A DNA stretch of 64,000 bases, from NCBI GenBank assembly GCA_964035545.1, contig OZ037770.1, positions 15,366,642-15,430,641 on the forward strand. The letters are read 5' to 3'. The position numbers were made by a program, and so were the translations under genes. Below, in pieces: positions 1 to 13,834 of the stretch (within the stretch, counting starts at the first letter, position 1; the number at the start of each line of letters is the position of its first letter). Below the pieces are notes generated by a model. It saw only the letters and a list, made by a program, of their open reading frames with translations, ran no database searches and was not told the DNA's origin. This DNA is from Bugula neritina. Lineage: Eukaryota > Animalia > Bryozoa.

Positions 1-1209
1 ATTTAGATAGACACACTTTTTCGCTGCCGTTGAGGAGTGAAAGTAATTTGCCATAATTTAAACAAGGCATCATTTCAAGACCCTTTGTCAGATAACCTTT
101 TATAGGCAGCATAAATGTAAAATAATTAATGTATTAAATTTAATTTTACTTAAATGTGCATGTTATGTAATAAGTAAAGTATATTTAATTACATAATAAT
201 TATAGATTTTATAATTATATAAGTAGATTTTACATATTTTAGTTTACAAGTTAACGTTTCATTTTATGATGTTTTGTTTGTTTCTTGACTAAATTCTCAA
301 AATTCATTTTATATACTTCAATGTTGATGCATCATATTTACCATTGCACTTATATCCTGAACTGCATTATTTTATTCCATCAACATAACTATATAATATA
401 CCTGGTGAGAAGACAACTTCCTATAAGCAGCATATTGCATAAAACTTTTTGATTGACAAGATTTATTATAGGACTTGCTATATATTGCTATATTTTTTAA
501 TGTTCAAATTGACTTCTGCTATGTGATTCAAAATAATAAGTTTATTCATAGTGCTAATGTTTTAGTTTACAGATGTTTAATAATTTTAAACCTAACTTTT
601 TATTCTTTTTGTTTACCATGCTCATTATTCTTTGCTAATTGATAAAATGCATTTCTTTATTTTATTATAATATATGCAAAAGAATTTGTGGAAGAAATAT
701 TAAATAAAAGAGAAGATATTTAAAAAGTGACAATTATTTGTTGTTGAACTCATAATAATTCTTGTATAAGACACGTGTTTATCACAACTTATCTTTATCA
801 GTTCAGGTATAAATAAATACAACGTCTCAAGTGATGCAGCACTTCATCATTTTCTTTCTGAAAAGAATAACTTAATTTCTTGGCTGTGAAACAAATCATT
901 TTAGAAAATTTCAATCCTCAATTTTAAAAGCAAAGTTCATTTCACAGTCAATTAAAATTAGATGCAATCCGGGATGAGGAAATGCAAATATGAAGCATAT
1001 ATAATTTCAGAGCCAATGGTTCACATTCGTGCCATGCGTATAAATCAGTTTATTATTCATTATATCCTTGTACAGGGTCAATCTGTAATTGCGACAATCT
1101 GTGGCTATATATATAAAAGTAGCACATTCTATTCAACCATTCATATAATATTGCTTATAATAATAACTATAGCAATCAAAGATAATTTTATTATCATACC
1201 AGGAACACT

Positions 1210-1769
1210 ATGAAGTTTATAATCTTTTCTGTACTTCTTTTTGCTTTAATATGTTTACAAAGTGCTTCAGCATCATGTGAGTATAATATATTTTGTCAAA
1301 GTTTAAACATTATTATTTAACAATTTCTATTTCAATAAATTGCATTGTATTTATTTTCAGAAAACGGATTTTTTTTTTTAACGTATCTTTAGATTTTCAT
1401 GGTTTCATAATAAGTTTACAAAGCAATTTAAAACAAACACACCACTTGGCTTATCAAACTCTGTGAAAGTACAGGCTGAGAAAATCTTAAAAGATTTACT
1501 GCAGAAGATTTTAATTTCAGCTATGCATGTGTTATAACTTATACCTGCCGTCCAACTTCATGATATATAGAAGTATATTATCTGTTCCATTTAAAAAAGC
1601 GTTCTTTAAATTATTATAGCTGTGGCTCCAAACTATTTAATATCGTAATGTTTTAGGGCGGCGCATGGGCACTTCTCACTGCAAAGTTGACAGAGACTGT
1701 TTCCGAAAGGTATGCTGTGCCGGACAGTGTGTCAACGAAGGTGACTGTCCAGACAACTACATACCTTGA
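1210..1769 (+). CDS. Secreted 6-Cys peptide (C-C-CC-C-C); exons 1210-1276, 1657-1769
   Basis: MKFIIFSVLLFALICLQSASAS | phase-1 intron gtgagt..tttag | WRRMGTSHCKVDRDCFRKVCCAGQCVNEGDCPDNYIP*; TATA near 1107, AATAAA near 1864. Confidence 0.85.
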
Positions 1770-3124
1770 AAGAACTCCTTTCATGTGCTTTTATCATAGT
1801 TATAATTGATATATATACAATTTGTAGATTCAGTTTTATATATATTTGATATGTCTTGTCTATAATAAACATTTTTGAAAAGGTATATTATCAAAAACTG
1901 CATCTTCTTTATATAAAAGTTAGCTTATGCTGAATTATGGTGACACTCCAATATATTCTTGTAAATCAGCAAATATATGACTTCAAGCAGCATAAAAGAC
2001 ACACAGTTAAAAAAAGGGATATATATTTAATCTGATGTTAATAGAAAATTGTTGCGTAAAGTTCTTGGATGACTGCCTTTATATATATAGAAAGAGTATA
2101 ATTATATAGCAGTTACAATAAAATCAACATTCTAAGCTGTCATGTATGTTGTGCAATATAAGTTAACACAATTTAGCATTCACAAATATAGATTGTTTTT
2201 ACTTATTGCGAAAAATAACCTGGCTGTAATAAACAATATTATGAAAGCAGAAAATAACTGACATGTATGATAAATTGATTTTCAAAGTATGTTGTGTAAC
2301 TTCGCCTACATGACACATGTCAATTTGCATGTGTAATCGTGTTGCAATACATTTTGTAAAACTGAACTTCTGACATCAAAGTGAAATATGCATAATGTTG
2401 TATATCGCTTGTGGTTATATACGTATAGGCCATAGGTTTCAATTTATTATATAATCAGCTAAATTGTTGATACTTATTATATATGTAAATAATTTAGTAT
2501 AACAGCATAGCTGCGCTAAAATATTAGATAAATTTAACTTTATTAAATAAAATGAAATATGTCATTTTTCAATGTTATAGTAGTTTTTGCAAGCCACCAA
2601 TTTAAAGAGCTTGTGTATGTGTATATAGCTATATAATTGGAGATAATCTAAATAACATATTAGAGTCAAGATAATAAACTATACTGCTTCAGCTGTTGAC
2701 AAATTAGCACTATAAAGCTTGTGCATGTGCAGCTTATATGTATATAGCAATATCAGCAAGTCACAAAACATTTTTATATAATATCTAATTTCCACTTTCT
2801 TTTAAAAAACAAATGATGGCATAACTTCAAAAGAAAAACATTTTTCTAAAATGATTGAAGCTAATAATAATTTAGCCTTAACTTTCTTATTATAGGTTTT
2901 ACATAAACTGAATAGTAAATTTCACTAATGTCTAAAGACTTTTCAAAATTTTCTAATAAAATATTTTCAGTGCAAGTAAATAGCATATGTATGACTGGAT
3001 ATAAACATTGAAGTAAAAAGACAATAAAGGAGCTAAATTAGATTGTATTACATAATGTTTGCACGGTAGACTGCAAAACACAATGTAAGGTACATAATTG
3101 GATGACTAGAGTTTAGATGGTTTA

Positions 3125-3190
3125 ATAACCAGACATAAGGAAACAGGGTTGTTATATCTGGAGGAAATGACTAAATCATTTGGCAGATGT
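3125..3190 (+). promoter_or_regulatory. Conserved upstream motif ATAACCAGACATAAGGAAA..ATCT..GGAAAT..TTGGCAGA
   Basis: Recurs at 5794 and 8235. Confidence 0.55.
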
Positions 3191-3404
3191 TCATTTGAAC
3201 AAAAAATCAACCATTCCTCTGTGAAAACTCAAATATATCCAATTGGCTAAAACACTTATTTATCACAAAAAACTTACATCCTTATACAGAATACCCTAAC
3301 TACTAATTACCATAAACTCTACATATAAAAGTAAAAGCATATAATATATATGATTATATTTTTCATTTGTATTTTCACAACATTTTATTCTCAAAATAAA
3401 AACA

Positions 3405-3468
3405 ATGAAGTTTTTATTCATCACAATATTTCTATTTGTTTTAATCTGCTTGCAGAATATAGAAGCAG
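3405..3468 (+). CDS. Extra signal-peptide exon (alternative first exon or orphan)
   Basis: MKFLFITIFLFVLICLQNIEA+G then gtgagt donor; same 64-nt phase-1 format as paralogs; TATA near 3323; next in-frame mature exon is 4037-4188. Confidence 0.7.
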
Positions 3469-3660
3469 GTGAGTATATATAATAATGGTCAAACTTTACA
3501 AATTTCATGTTTTATACAAAAAAAATGTATGTATACACTAAAAAATTATTTTTTCATGTTTATTTTATAGAAAAATAAAATATTGAATTATTTAATTTTA
3601 ATTTTAATGGGGTTGACTGGAGATGTATTCATTGTTATGAAACGTTTCATCGAATGAAGA

Positions 3661-4188
3661 ATGAAGCTGGTAATCATGACTATGTTGGTAGTTGCTTGTG
3701 TGTTTCTACACAGTACTGATGCAGGTGAGTGTATCTAGTATATGTAGCAGTAGTAGTAGCAGTAGCAGCAGCAATAGCAGTAGCAGTATAGCAGTATAGC
3801 AGTAGCAGTAGCAGTAGCAGTAGCAGTATAGCAGTAGCAGTAGCAGTAGCAGTAGCAGTAGCAGTAGCAGTAGCAGTAGCAGTAGCAGTAGCAGTAGCAG
3901 TAGCAGTAGCAGTAGCAGTATAGCAGTATAGCAGTATAGCAGCAGCAGCTGATGAATGAAGCTGCATGCAGTGGTAGTATTATTAACTAGTGGGTATTTT
4001 AAATTGGTTATAATTGATACTAAGTGTCACTTCCAGGTCCACTTGCAGTTTGTGCTCTGCCTAAACCAGAAACCTGCAGTAACAAGTGTGTATCAGACTC
4101 AGAATGTCCCGGGATAGATAAATGCTGCTTTGTAGTCTGTGGAAACGTTTGTGTAGATCCCCGAAGCGCTGTTCCCTTATCATATTAG
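3661..4188 (+). CDS. Secreted single WAP-domain peptide; exons 3661-3724, 4037-4188
   Basis: MKLVIMTMLVVACVFLHSTDA | GPLAVCALPKPETCSNKCVSDSECPGIDKCCFVVCGNVCVDPRSAVPLSY*; 8 Cys in WAP spacing with the CxxDxECPGxxKCC motif. Confidence 0.9.
3744..3948. repeat. (GTAGCA)n microsatellite in intron
   Basis: Directly visible hexamer array. Confidence 0.95.
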
Positions 4189-4584
4189 CTTGAAGACCTG
4201 AGCAGGCTATGGTCACCTACATATCTGCAGTATACATGCAATTTTTTGTATGCTGATTTACTCTGATACCTGAAATATATTCAAATAGCAATAATTAAAT
4301 TGTTTAAAATATACAATTGTTTAAACTATTCAAAATCTCAAACTACTTGCAGTTTTTTGTCCTATTAGCAACCTTATATATAGCCACAAATTGTCATATT
4401 ATAAATGCAATATTCTGTTTCTAGCCATGTGTTACAGTATGGCTATATATTGTTATATAGAAACAATTTTAGTACCACATTTCACATGTTCATGTTATAA
4501 ATGCAATATTTCCAGGTTGATGCGGTGAGTGTTCACTATTGCATAAAATACATTATATAGTTTTATAGAAGAGTCAGCTTCCGC

Positions 4585-4840
4585 TATATGCACATATAGC
4601 TTATATAATATGCACATATAGCTTATATAATATGCACATATATAGCTTATATAATATGCACATATAGCTTATATAATATGCACATATAGCTTATATAATA
4701 TGCATATATAGCTTATATAATATGCACATATAGCTTATATAATATGCACATATAGCTTATATAATATGCATATATAGCTTATATAATATGCATATATAGC
4801 TTATATAATATGCACATATAGCTTATATAATATGCATATA
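4585..4840. repeat. 22-bp minisatellite TATGCACATATAGCTTATATAA, about 11 copies
   Basis: Directly visible tandem units. Confidence 0.9.
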
Positions 4841-6850
4841 CGTATATATAGAGAAAATATATAGAATGCCGTTTTCACTTGCTGCCAAATAATAAAACAA
4901 AGAGTGTTTAGTTGATAATAGACAGAATAAAGCAAGATAAAATTCTTATGTTTTTAAACACAAAATATGCCCTTTAAGCCACATTTTTACAATGCCTTTC
5001 AGGAAGGTATATTATAACACCTGCATTTATATTATCTATTTTAATAAACTTGGTATTTTACATAATATATGTCAGATTAATCATACTATTTGTTTACAGC
5101 TAAAGTAACAATTGATTACTAAGAAAAAGTTGTTTGAAGTCAATTTTTTATATATAAGTATCATAATCTAAAAATAAAAGAAATATCAATTCAACATCAA
5201 TTGAAATTGCATATATATAGCACAGAGTGAAGTTTGCAGTTGCAATAATACTTGATGATCACAATGTTTACACTATTGAACCTTTTACTAGCTTCTCTAT
5301 TACAAAGTATATTAATCAGGACGTAGCAGAGACTGCTTTCCATCTTTATATTGATACGTATTTGAGATCACCTTACATAAGGAAATAATTATAGTAATTC
5401 TGAGGCTGAAAGACATTTAAAGCCATGCATGCTACAAATTAAAAATGGCTGTTGCACAGTATAACATTTGAATTAAAATCAAAGACTTTAATGCATGGGT
5501 ACTGCAAATCATAAACAATATATTTAATAAAATAAACTGCAAATCTTTTAGCTGATATGAAACACTTTTGTAAAGCTTATTATAGCTATATTATTAAAGT
5601 CACACTTTCTTATGAAAATCATATAAATAAAGTATTAACATACATAATATAGGAATAGCTATAATATATATTAGCATGCAAACACAATAACAATAATATA
5701 TTTTTATATAGTAGAGTACACAATCTAGATAACATAAGATAAGGTAATCATCTTGGCTGGAGTCTAGATATGGCAATAACTGCAGATGGTACTATAACCA
5801 GACATAAGGAAAAAGGGAAGCTATCTTGAGGAAATAATCAGGACATTTGGCAGACCTTTACTTATGAAACACATAAATAAATCAATGAGTATACTCAGTA
5901 CTATAGATGAGAATCTGTTATTAAAGATATATTATATATTAAAAATCTGCAAAATAACTATATTTTTAATTATATGAATTTTAAAAAAATCTGTAATTTT
6001 AGAAATATAATTGAAATTTAGTTTATTAAGATGTTTAAGCTTTAAGTTTTAATAGTTTTTATTTCAATATTTCTGCCTAAAAAGTATTATTAAAGCAGCT
6101 GTGTTATTATTACATATACTATTGGCCTATCGCCATGAGCACATACAAATATTGTACCAATTGCAAAATATTTCAACACTTTATAATTATCATGACTTTT
6201 AATTTGTTTTCTATCTTTTCCAAAACCAAAAAAACTTAAACATTCTTTGAGGTTTTCACTGAAACATTGGATATTTAACTGTTTCAAACCATTTTAAACA
6301 AATTTGTACAAGAACTAAACATAATTTAGTTACCAGCACAAGGCATGTTATAGATTCCGGCATTAACGATCAGTTTATTGCTTATTTAGTGTCATGAAGT
6401 TACCTGCATGTATTTAGCAATTTCCATTGAAAAGCTTATTATTATATAATACAGTTATAGTAGGTATATTACGACCGTACAAGTATATTGCTTTTCATAT
6501 AGCTATTATACACAGCCGTAGTTTGATTATACAGCTTTGCTATTTAAAGACTGTTAAATAAATAAAAACTGAAATGAAAAGTTGATCAAACATAAGTGAA
6601 AGCACACCAAAGGCATTTCCAAAAGGAAACGCATTTGGCATCAACCGTGAATAAATCAAATTGGCAGTAAATGTTATTATGTTAATTGACTATCCACTGC
6701 ATTAATTTTTTACCTCCTGAAATGTAAATCCGTATGCATGCAGGTCACCTTAGAAATAGCTTACAGCAAACAGAGTAGAATCCTGCAGATATACTGTCAG
6801 TGTGTTACAAGCAGTGTAACCAGAACATTGGTAAATATCAGAAAGTAGAG

Positions 6851-7231
6851 ATGAAGTTAGTAGGTCTTGTATCACTTCTGCTGATTTTGACTTTTCTCCA
6901 CAACACTGTGACAGCACAGAGGGGTATGTGAGCTGACATCAATTTCTTTGTCTTATTAGAATTAATGGCGATGATAGTGACCTTTTTTCAAGGGATAAAA
7001 TTTAAAAATTAGTTTAAATAAATGGTAGTATATACATATATATATATATATATATGCTCGTGACTCCTAGGTGACCCCTAGAGTCACTTGAGCACTCTGG
7101 CTTGAGTTTACACACCTTTTAAATATGCTTTAGTAAAACTATAAGTTTTACTATTGCAAAGGTGTGGGCCATGGTACTCTGTTCTGTGCTGATGAGGGGA
7201 CAAATCCCGAAACAGCTGCTGTCCACAGATT

Positions 7232-7284
<53 letters not shown>

Positions 7285-7622
7285 GTATATGTATATATAC
7301 ATATATATGACTAATTACTCACAGTGCTATAAGACAATATCTATATATACTATAGTTTGTTTAAAATTGATATAGCTTATATATATAATTATTTGATATG
7401 CATGTATAAAACATCTTCGTTATTTAAACTATAACCAACTTATTGATAATTTATATTTTAAATGACCCTCTTTCAGACTGTACAAATCAAGATGGCCACC
7501 CCGGAATGGATGGACCTGACGGCCAAACCTGTGGAGGGGTAATTTGTGGTCACAATGAGATGTGCTGCCAGAGAGGAGGTAGAGATGGTGTTTGTGTCAG
7601 TCAAAGAGACCGTCAAGGATAA
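6851..7622 (+). CDS. Secreted 6-Cys peptide with short Gly-X-Y segment; exons 6851-6923, 7477-7622
   Basis: MKLVGLVSLLLILTFLHNTVTAQR | DCTNQDGHPGMDGPDGQTCGGVICGHNEMCCQRGGRDGVCVSQRDRQG*. Confidence 0.88.
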
Positions 7623-9627
7623 AGATATGATGCATTTCATATAAAAGTAGTATGTTGTAGTTATATATACTCAAACGAAAGCATGTACAGGCATGTATAA
7701 GTTGATACATTCTGATAAAAAACATATATTATTATATGTAGACATAGAATATATATTAAACTTGGGTTATTAATAAACATCTTTTTATTCTATACCACAT
7801 TCATTGATAATAAAACTGTATAAACTTTAATATATCCATTATTGGGTATGCATTGTTGTCACCTTTAATGTGTGTACTGAATAAAGTTGAATTATAACAT
7901 TATGCAGAAATATTTCTATTCTTACATATATATCACCAACAAGTATAGCAGCATCTTTGCATATACTAGTATAGCAACACCATATAAAATGTAATAAACA
8001 AAAACATTATAGCATTTTAAAAGAATGAATCAAACGAAGTCAATAAATTATACATGCACAATCAATCTCAGAGTGCAACAGTATTATGAATATATATTTG
8101 CGCCTACATTCAATTGTTTATGAAGATATACCTACTTGATGGAATGCTTATGTTTGACCAATATTCACGCACAATAACTATATATGTGTGTGACACAACA
8201 TGAAGTAATCATCATGGCTGGGGGCCAGATGGTAATAACCAGACATATAAGGAAACAGAGATTTTATCTCAAAGAAATAGTCAGGGCACCTGCCAGATTT
8301 TTACTTAAAAAATATGAATAAATCAATCAGTACTGATTTCAAAACACTTGCTTCAAAAATAAATTATTCATATATTTTTGCAACATAAAAATTCAACCTG
8401 AAAGAAAATAATTAAAATGCAACAGTGATATAATTTTGTTAGAATTATCAATTTTTACAGAGACTAAAATATACATTTAAGTTTATAGAACTATAATGAC
8501 TTTTATTAAATAGCTCTGCACGCTGACCGTAATATGTAGTATCGATTGGGTAGAGTGGAATGTGTGCTTTGTATAATAATACTTATTCTATTACTTATAG
8601 TATTCCTAATTAGGCTACAACAGAACAACGTATGTTCAAGTTCAAAGAATTCTACCAGTTTTCATTATTTAACATTTATATTGAAGAGTGAATTAAGCCA
8701 ACATATAAAAGTGCATTTTGATTTATTACAATTGATAAATAAGTTTACATATCATTTCTATGTTTTGGATGAATAATACTTATAATGTTTATATATGGTA
8801 ACAAATTGACAATTACTTGGTGCAGTATTTCACATATCATGTATAATAATAATAGCCTATACTCCTGTCTCATTGGAAGAAAGGAGCCTTAAAAAAATTA
8901 TTTCACTACTATATACTAGCTCTTATCGAAATAAAACTTATTGAACTTTTATGTGTTGAAGTTAAAATTTTTATGTAATACTGCATGAATATTATAGGCC
9001 TATGAAGTTTTGAAAGCAGGTTTAAATTTCTATTTATCTTAAAAGACTAAATGATTTTTATTCAGTAAATTATTTCCAACAGGTGTGCAATAAGCATTGT
9101 AATTTTAGTCTTCAAAGCACTGCTTTAAAAACAGTTTTAAATAGTTTCTCCAGGCATGTAGAAGGCTGCATTAATAATTAAATACATGTGCTTTAGGCAG
9201 CGACAAAAGTCTAATTTTCAAGAATAAGCATAATGTATATACTTTAATATATGTAAGGAGTATTTAATTATGTTTATATAAACTATGCCAACAAAATTAA
9301 CATATGACTGTATATTATATATAGCTAATTCAGGGTTGGGGTCAATTACAATTACAATTACTCCAACCCTGATAGCTATAAAAATATTTTGCAATAAAAA
9401 CAACTGAGATAGTGATATTAATTTTATTCCATCGGTCACGGTCCATTTTCCATGCATGTATATGGGCAAATCAATTTCCTCATAAAGGTTGCATCACCTG
9501 ATATACTTATACAAATATACTGAACTTGTTTTTGGTCATCGGCCATGTTTAGTGTAAAGTTAATATAAAAATACATGTTGGGCTTAGATGTCTACATTTC
9601 TCTGAATACTTTGATCAGTCAAGAAGA

Positions 9628-9940
9628 ATGAAGCTGATACTATTGACTTTGCTTGTCCTTGCTTGTTCGTGTTTCTACAGTGCTGATGCGCGTGAGTTTA
9701 CTAACATAATATGCAATATATTAGTGTAATACAGGCAGCAGTAATACAGTAATAGCAGCTGCAGCTTTATAAGTTTTTATTTTAAATATATTTATTATAG
9801 GTTGTGAGGCATACTCAGATCTAAAGGGGCCTCCGGGACTTAACTGGAGGCCATGCAATATAAACATCTGCTCGCCAAAAATATGCTGCATTAACGGCAA
9901 TAGTAGAATAATTTGTGTTCGCCCTGGAGATCTCTACTAA
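9628..9940 (+). CDS. Secreted 6-Cys peptide with GPPG motif; exons 9628-9691, 9801-9940
   Basis: MKLILLTLLVLACSCFYSADA | RCEAYSDLKGPPGLNWRPCNINICSPKICCINGNSRIICVRPGDLY*. Confidence 0.87.
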
Positions 9941-10880
9941 ATTTCTCATTTGTCACTGAGAACGTCGAAGACATGAAACTGTGAGAACGATTATCCGAAG
10001 TTTTCTTGCTGGATTACATATTTCTCTCAAACTATAACTCTATATAGTCTTGCCTTGAATAAACTTTCATTTCAACGCTTTTGAAAATGTGTTATATCTT
10101 TGTGTGAGATTCATATATCCAGAAATGTTATAAAGAGTGATATAAATAGCTTCAAGAATAAAAACCTAGTACACCAGTGAAAGTTATAGCTACGTCAATT
10201 CATTCAACTCTTATATATTTATTTCTAACAGCAGCTATAATACAAAAAGTTTAATAGGCAGTTGATAGTCAAGATATTTGTGCTAAAAACTGAGAAGCAA
10301 TAGAGCCATATCAGGTACTATTTTAATTATAGCATTGCTAATTTGGAAGTTTATTTTGTTTGCTTTTGTACATAAAAGAATGCAGAAACTGAATAACTAT
10401 AGCACACCAAACAGCTTACATTATGATGTTTAGTAATTGATGCAAAATGCTTCTTTTTATAAAAGTTAGTACTATAAGTTTAAGCTATGCAACCATATAT
10501 TGTACGGAATACTAAGGGATCAAAACCTGTAATAAGCACAAAGAACAAGCAAAGCTCATCCTATCTATATAGCTATATCTAGCAAAGATAACTTTCCTTG
10601 GCATAGATTAAATTATATCCTATATAGCCAACTCTGAAAAAGGAAGCATATTTGGCATTATATCATTATATACATAAAAAATGTTATTGGCATAACATAT
10701 TATTTTGTTAATTCACTGGCCATTGCAATAATTTTTTACTTCCATTAAATATGCACGCCTATTCATATGCAGCTCAATTTAAAAATACCCAACAGCCAAA
10801 CAAGGCACTCAAATACTGCCGGAGCATTATACACTATAGCAGTGTATAAGCAGGACATTGATAAACATCAGAAAGTAGAG

Positions 10881-11825
10881 ATGAAGTTAGTAGGTCCTGT
10901 ATCACTTCTGCTGATTCTGATTTGTCTCCACAACACTGTGACAGCACAGCCAGGTTTGTAATATGTTGACTTATATATTATGTTGCAGTGATAGGTTTCA
11001 TTTTCAATTTCTCAAACTTCCAATTGAGTATTTAAATTGTAGTATATTAGGTATATTATTTTATAGATATGAAATAGGGCTTAGCCATAACCATTAGCTA
11101 TAATAATATTATACTGACAGCTATATAATATGTAATATGACATGCATATTATAATATATATTATAATATGACATGCATATTATAATATATATTATAATAT
11201 GACATGCGTATTATAATATATATTATAATACAACATGTACTATAATATGTATCATTATAAATCATGTTGTATTAGAATATATATTATAATATGACATTTA
11301 TTATAATATATATCATAATATGACATATGTATTATAATATAATATATATTATAATACATATCATATTATAATATATATTATAATACATATCATATTATAA
11401 TATATATTATAATATAATACATATGTCATATTATGATATATATTATAATACATGTCATATTATAATATATATTATAATATGACATGTATTATAATATATA
11501 TCATAATATGACATATGTATTATAATATATTATTATTATACCATTAGGGAATACAATGATGCAACATTAATATAGTAGAGTTTAACCTTAATGCCATTGA
11601 CCAACTGTGTCAGTATCTTTAAATGTATGTTTCATTTTAGGCTGCCAATCAGATGCTACAGGTCACCCTGGACCAAAAGGACCAGAAGGGCAAATGTGTG
11701 GAAATACAGTCTGTGGTTCTGGGGAAAGATGCTGTCGCAGCGGATCAGGAAGTTATTGCTATGATACAACCAACAGAGAGGGCAGCGGCGGCTACAATCG
11801 AGTTTTCAATAGATATATCCACTAG
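10881..11825 (+). CDS. Secreted 6-Cys peptide with short Gly-X-Y segment; exons 10881-10953, 11641-11825
   Basis: MKLVGPVSLLLILICLHNTVTAQP | GCQSDATGHPGPKGPEGQMCGNTVCGSGERCCRSGSGSYCYDTTNREGSGGYNRVFNRYIH*; paralog of the 6851 gene. Confidence 0.88.
11413..11524. repeat. Perfect 112-bp AT-rich palindrome inside an intronic AT-rich repeat (about 11120-11540)
   Basis: Arms are exact reverse complements about the centre 11468/11469. Confidence 0.85.
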
Positions 11826-12495
11826 CATATTATAGGAACTTATTGTTTAACCTATGAGAACCAAAATAAATTGTGAAAAACCTATAAGTATGTATACATA
11901 CTGTTAAATCTGTTTGCTGGCAGATTTTATTAATGCGTTGTATAATATTTTAATAGAAATACTAAATAAAATATGCAATTCAAAAAGCAGTAGTTATCTA
12001 TAAACTTTGTGCAATCTCGCTGCAAATTTGTTGTAAGTTGTAACTCATATAGTACATAATATTCTTATTATAAGTGATGATAATATTGTTTATATGTTGT
12101 AAATAATTGCTGCTAATGATTGTTTTTGCAATACAAATTGGTTTAACTTAAGCAAAGTCTGAAACATAATATACAAACTGTTTCATGCATCAAATTATTA
12201 AATTTAGTTTGAATAAATCATCATAGGAATTTGTATGAAATGGTTCAGTCAAAATAACATTAAATATAAAAATTCCATATTTGCAGAGATATTTGACCAT
12301 TTAATCAACATATTATAATGTTAATTCACTAGCCACTGCATTGATTTTCTACTTCCATCAAATATGCATGTCTATATATATCCATATGCAGTTTAATTTA
12401 AAAACACGTAACTGCCAGACAATTGACACTAAATACTGTCAGTGCATTATATACAGTTTAAGCATAACATCGGTGAAGTATCAGATGCTTTAGAT

Positions 12496-12568
12496 ATAAA
12501 GTTAGTAGGTCTCGTATTACTTCTGCTGACTTGGATTTGTCTCCACAATGCTATGACAGCAAAGCCAG
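12496..12568 (+). pseudogene. Dead signal-peptide exon (MKLVG subfamily)
   Basis: IKLVGLVLLLLTWICLHNAMTAKP; ATG->ATA and donor GT->CT; upstream 12300-12495 resembles the promoter of the 10881 gene; no exon 2 found. Confidence 0.8.
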
Positions 12569-13400
12569 CTTTGTATGCTGACATTCATATTTCATTGCCA
12601 TATGATCTGCATTTCTTTCAGATGTTTAAAATATTTATTTCAGTTGTTTAAAGTAGTAAATTTAGCATAGATATATATAATATATGGTATATATACCATA
12701 TATTATAATATATTATCTATAATATATGCTAAAGTTGAACAAGAAACTCAAGGTATGAAATTGTCTATAGTTATAGTGATAAAAATCACATTGTATAAAT
12801 AAAAAGTCATAAATTTTTATACAAGCATAATCAGCAGCAGGAAATACAAATGGGGGCTAATCGAAATCTGTTTTAAAAAGAGAATAAAATGCTATTGCTA
12901 AATAATAAAATTGGCAACAAGCATTTATAAAAAATTATAGTAGGAAATTTTTTTATAATTTTACACCTTTTCAAACTCAATTTTTTTTCTAACTGCAAGA
13001 GATTACATAACTCAACGCTAGATATTTATGCCTAGGTACCATATCACAGTGTGTAAACAGAATATGTGGTGCGCTCACTGGTTAAAGTGCTGGCTTATAG
13101 TAAACCCGAGTTCAGTGGATTTCGTTAGAAAAAGCATATAAGGCATGGCTGCTCCCATGTATTGCCACTTTCCATCAACATTCTCACACAGAGAGCAATA
13201 AATAAGTTGCTGCTTTTGTTCCGTTTACATGGAAATGCTGACTGAATTAATGAGTCATGCATCTTATTATATAATTAGAAGTCTGCACCTGCTACCTGTA
13301 TGTGGATGCCAAATATTTAGTAAGGAAATAAAATTAGTATTTGAAATGAATATATGAATCAAACAGAATTTATAATAAATGAAACTAATAAACAATCCCA

Positions 13401-13745
13401 GAGTGCAACAGTATTATGAATATATTGTATCTACTTGTTTAAAAAATTATACACCTACCTGATTTCATAACCTTGTATACACACTCTAGCATATGTTATA
13501 AAAATATGCATCATATAAAACGGTGCACTTGTTTTCTAGAGAACATGTAGGTTGACCTAAAATGTTTCATCACATATTAAATCATCAATTTGTGCATTCA
13601 ATATTCACGGATTAAAGTACCAGAAAACAAGGAAACTTGGCAAATTATTTGCCAGAAAAAGACAGAAATGGCACAGATTTATAACAAATTGTCATTTTAA
13701 TTGAAGAAAAGATTGTGGCTAAAGACACGTGTTGTTATATAAATG
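13401..13745 (+). promoter_or_regulatory. Conserved promoter module of the collagen-WAP subfamily (representative copy)
   Basis: GAGTGCAACAGTATTATGAATAT..TACACCTACCTGAT..ACAAGGAAACTTGGC..TATATAAA; variants recur near 18161, 19831, 21921 and 25325, about 430-550 bp upstream of ATGs. Confidence 0.7.
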
Positions 13746-13834
13746 AAAGCTTATGACATCCAACACCACCACACCACTCGAACTGCAAAAATATCAGTCT
13801 TCACTAATTCAGCATATCTTTCAAGCAGATAAAG

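Noticed and set aside
7-56. Possible last exon of an upstream gene (tttag|..RHTFSLPLRSESNLP*)
   Set aside because: Cut by the window edge; short, no Cys or family motif; cannot be supported
3680-3967. Minus-strand ORF with poly-TA/L tracts
   Set aside because: Antisense reading of the intronic (GTAGCA)n repeat
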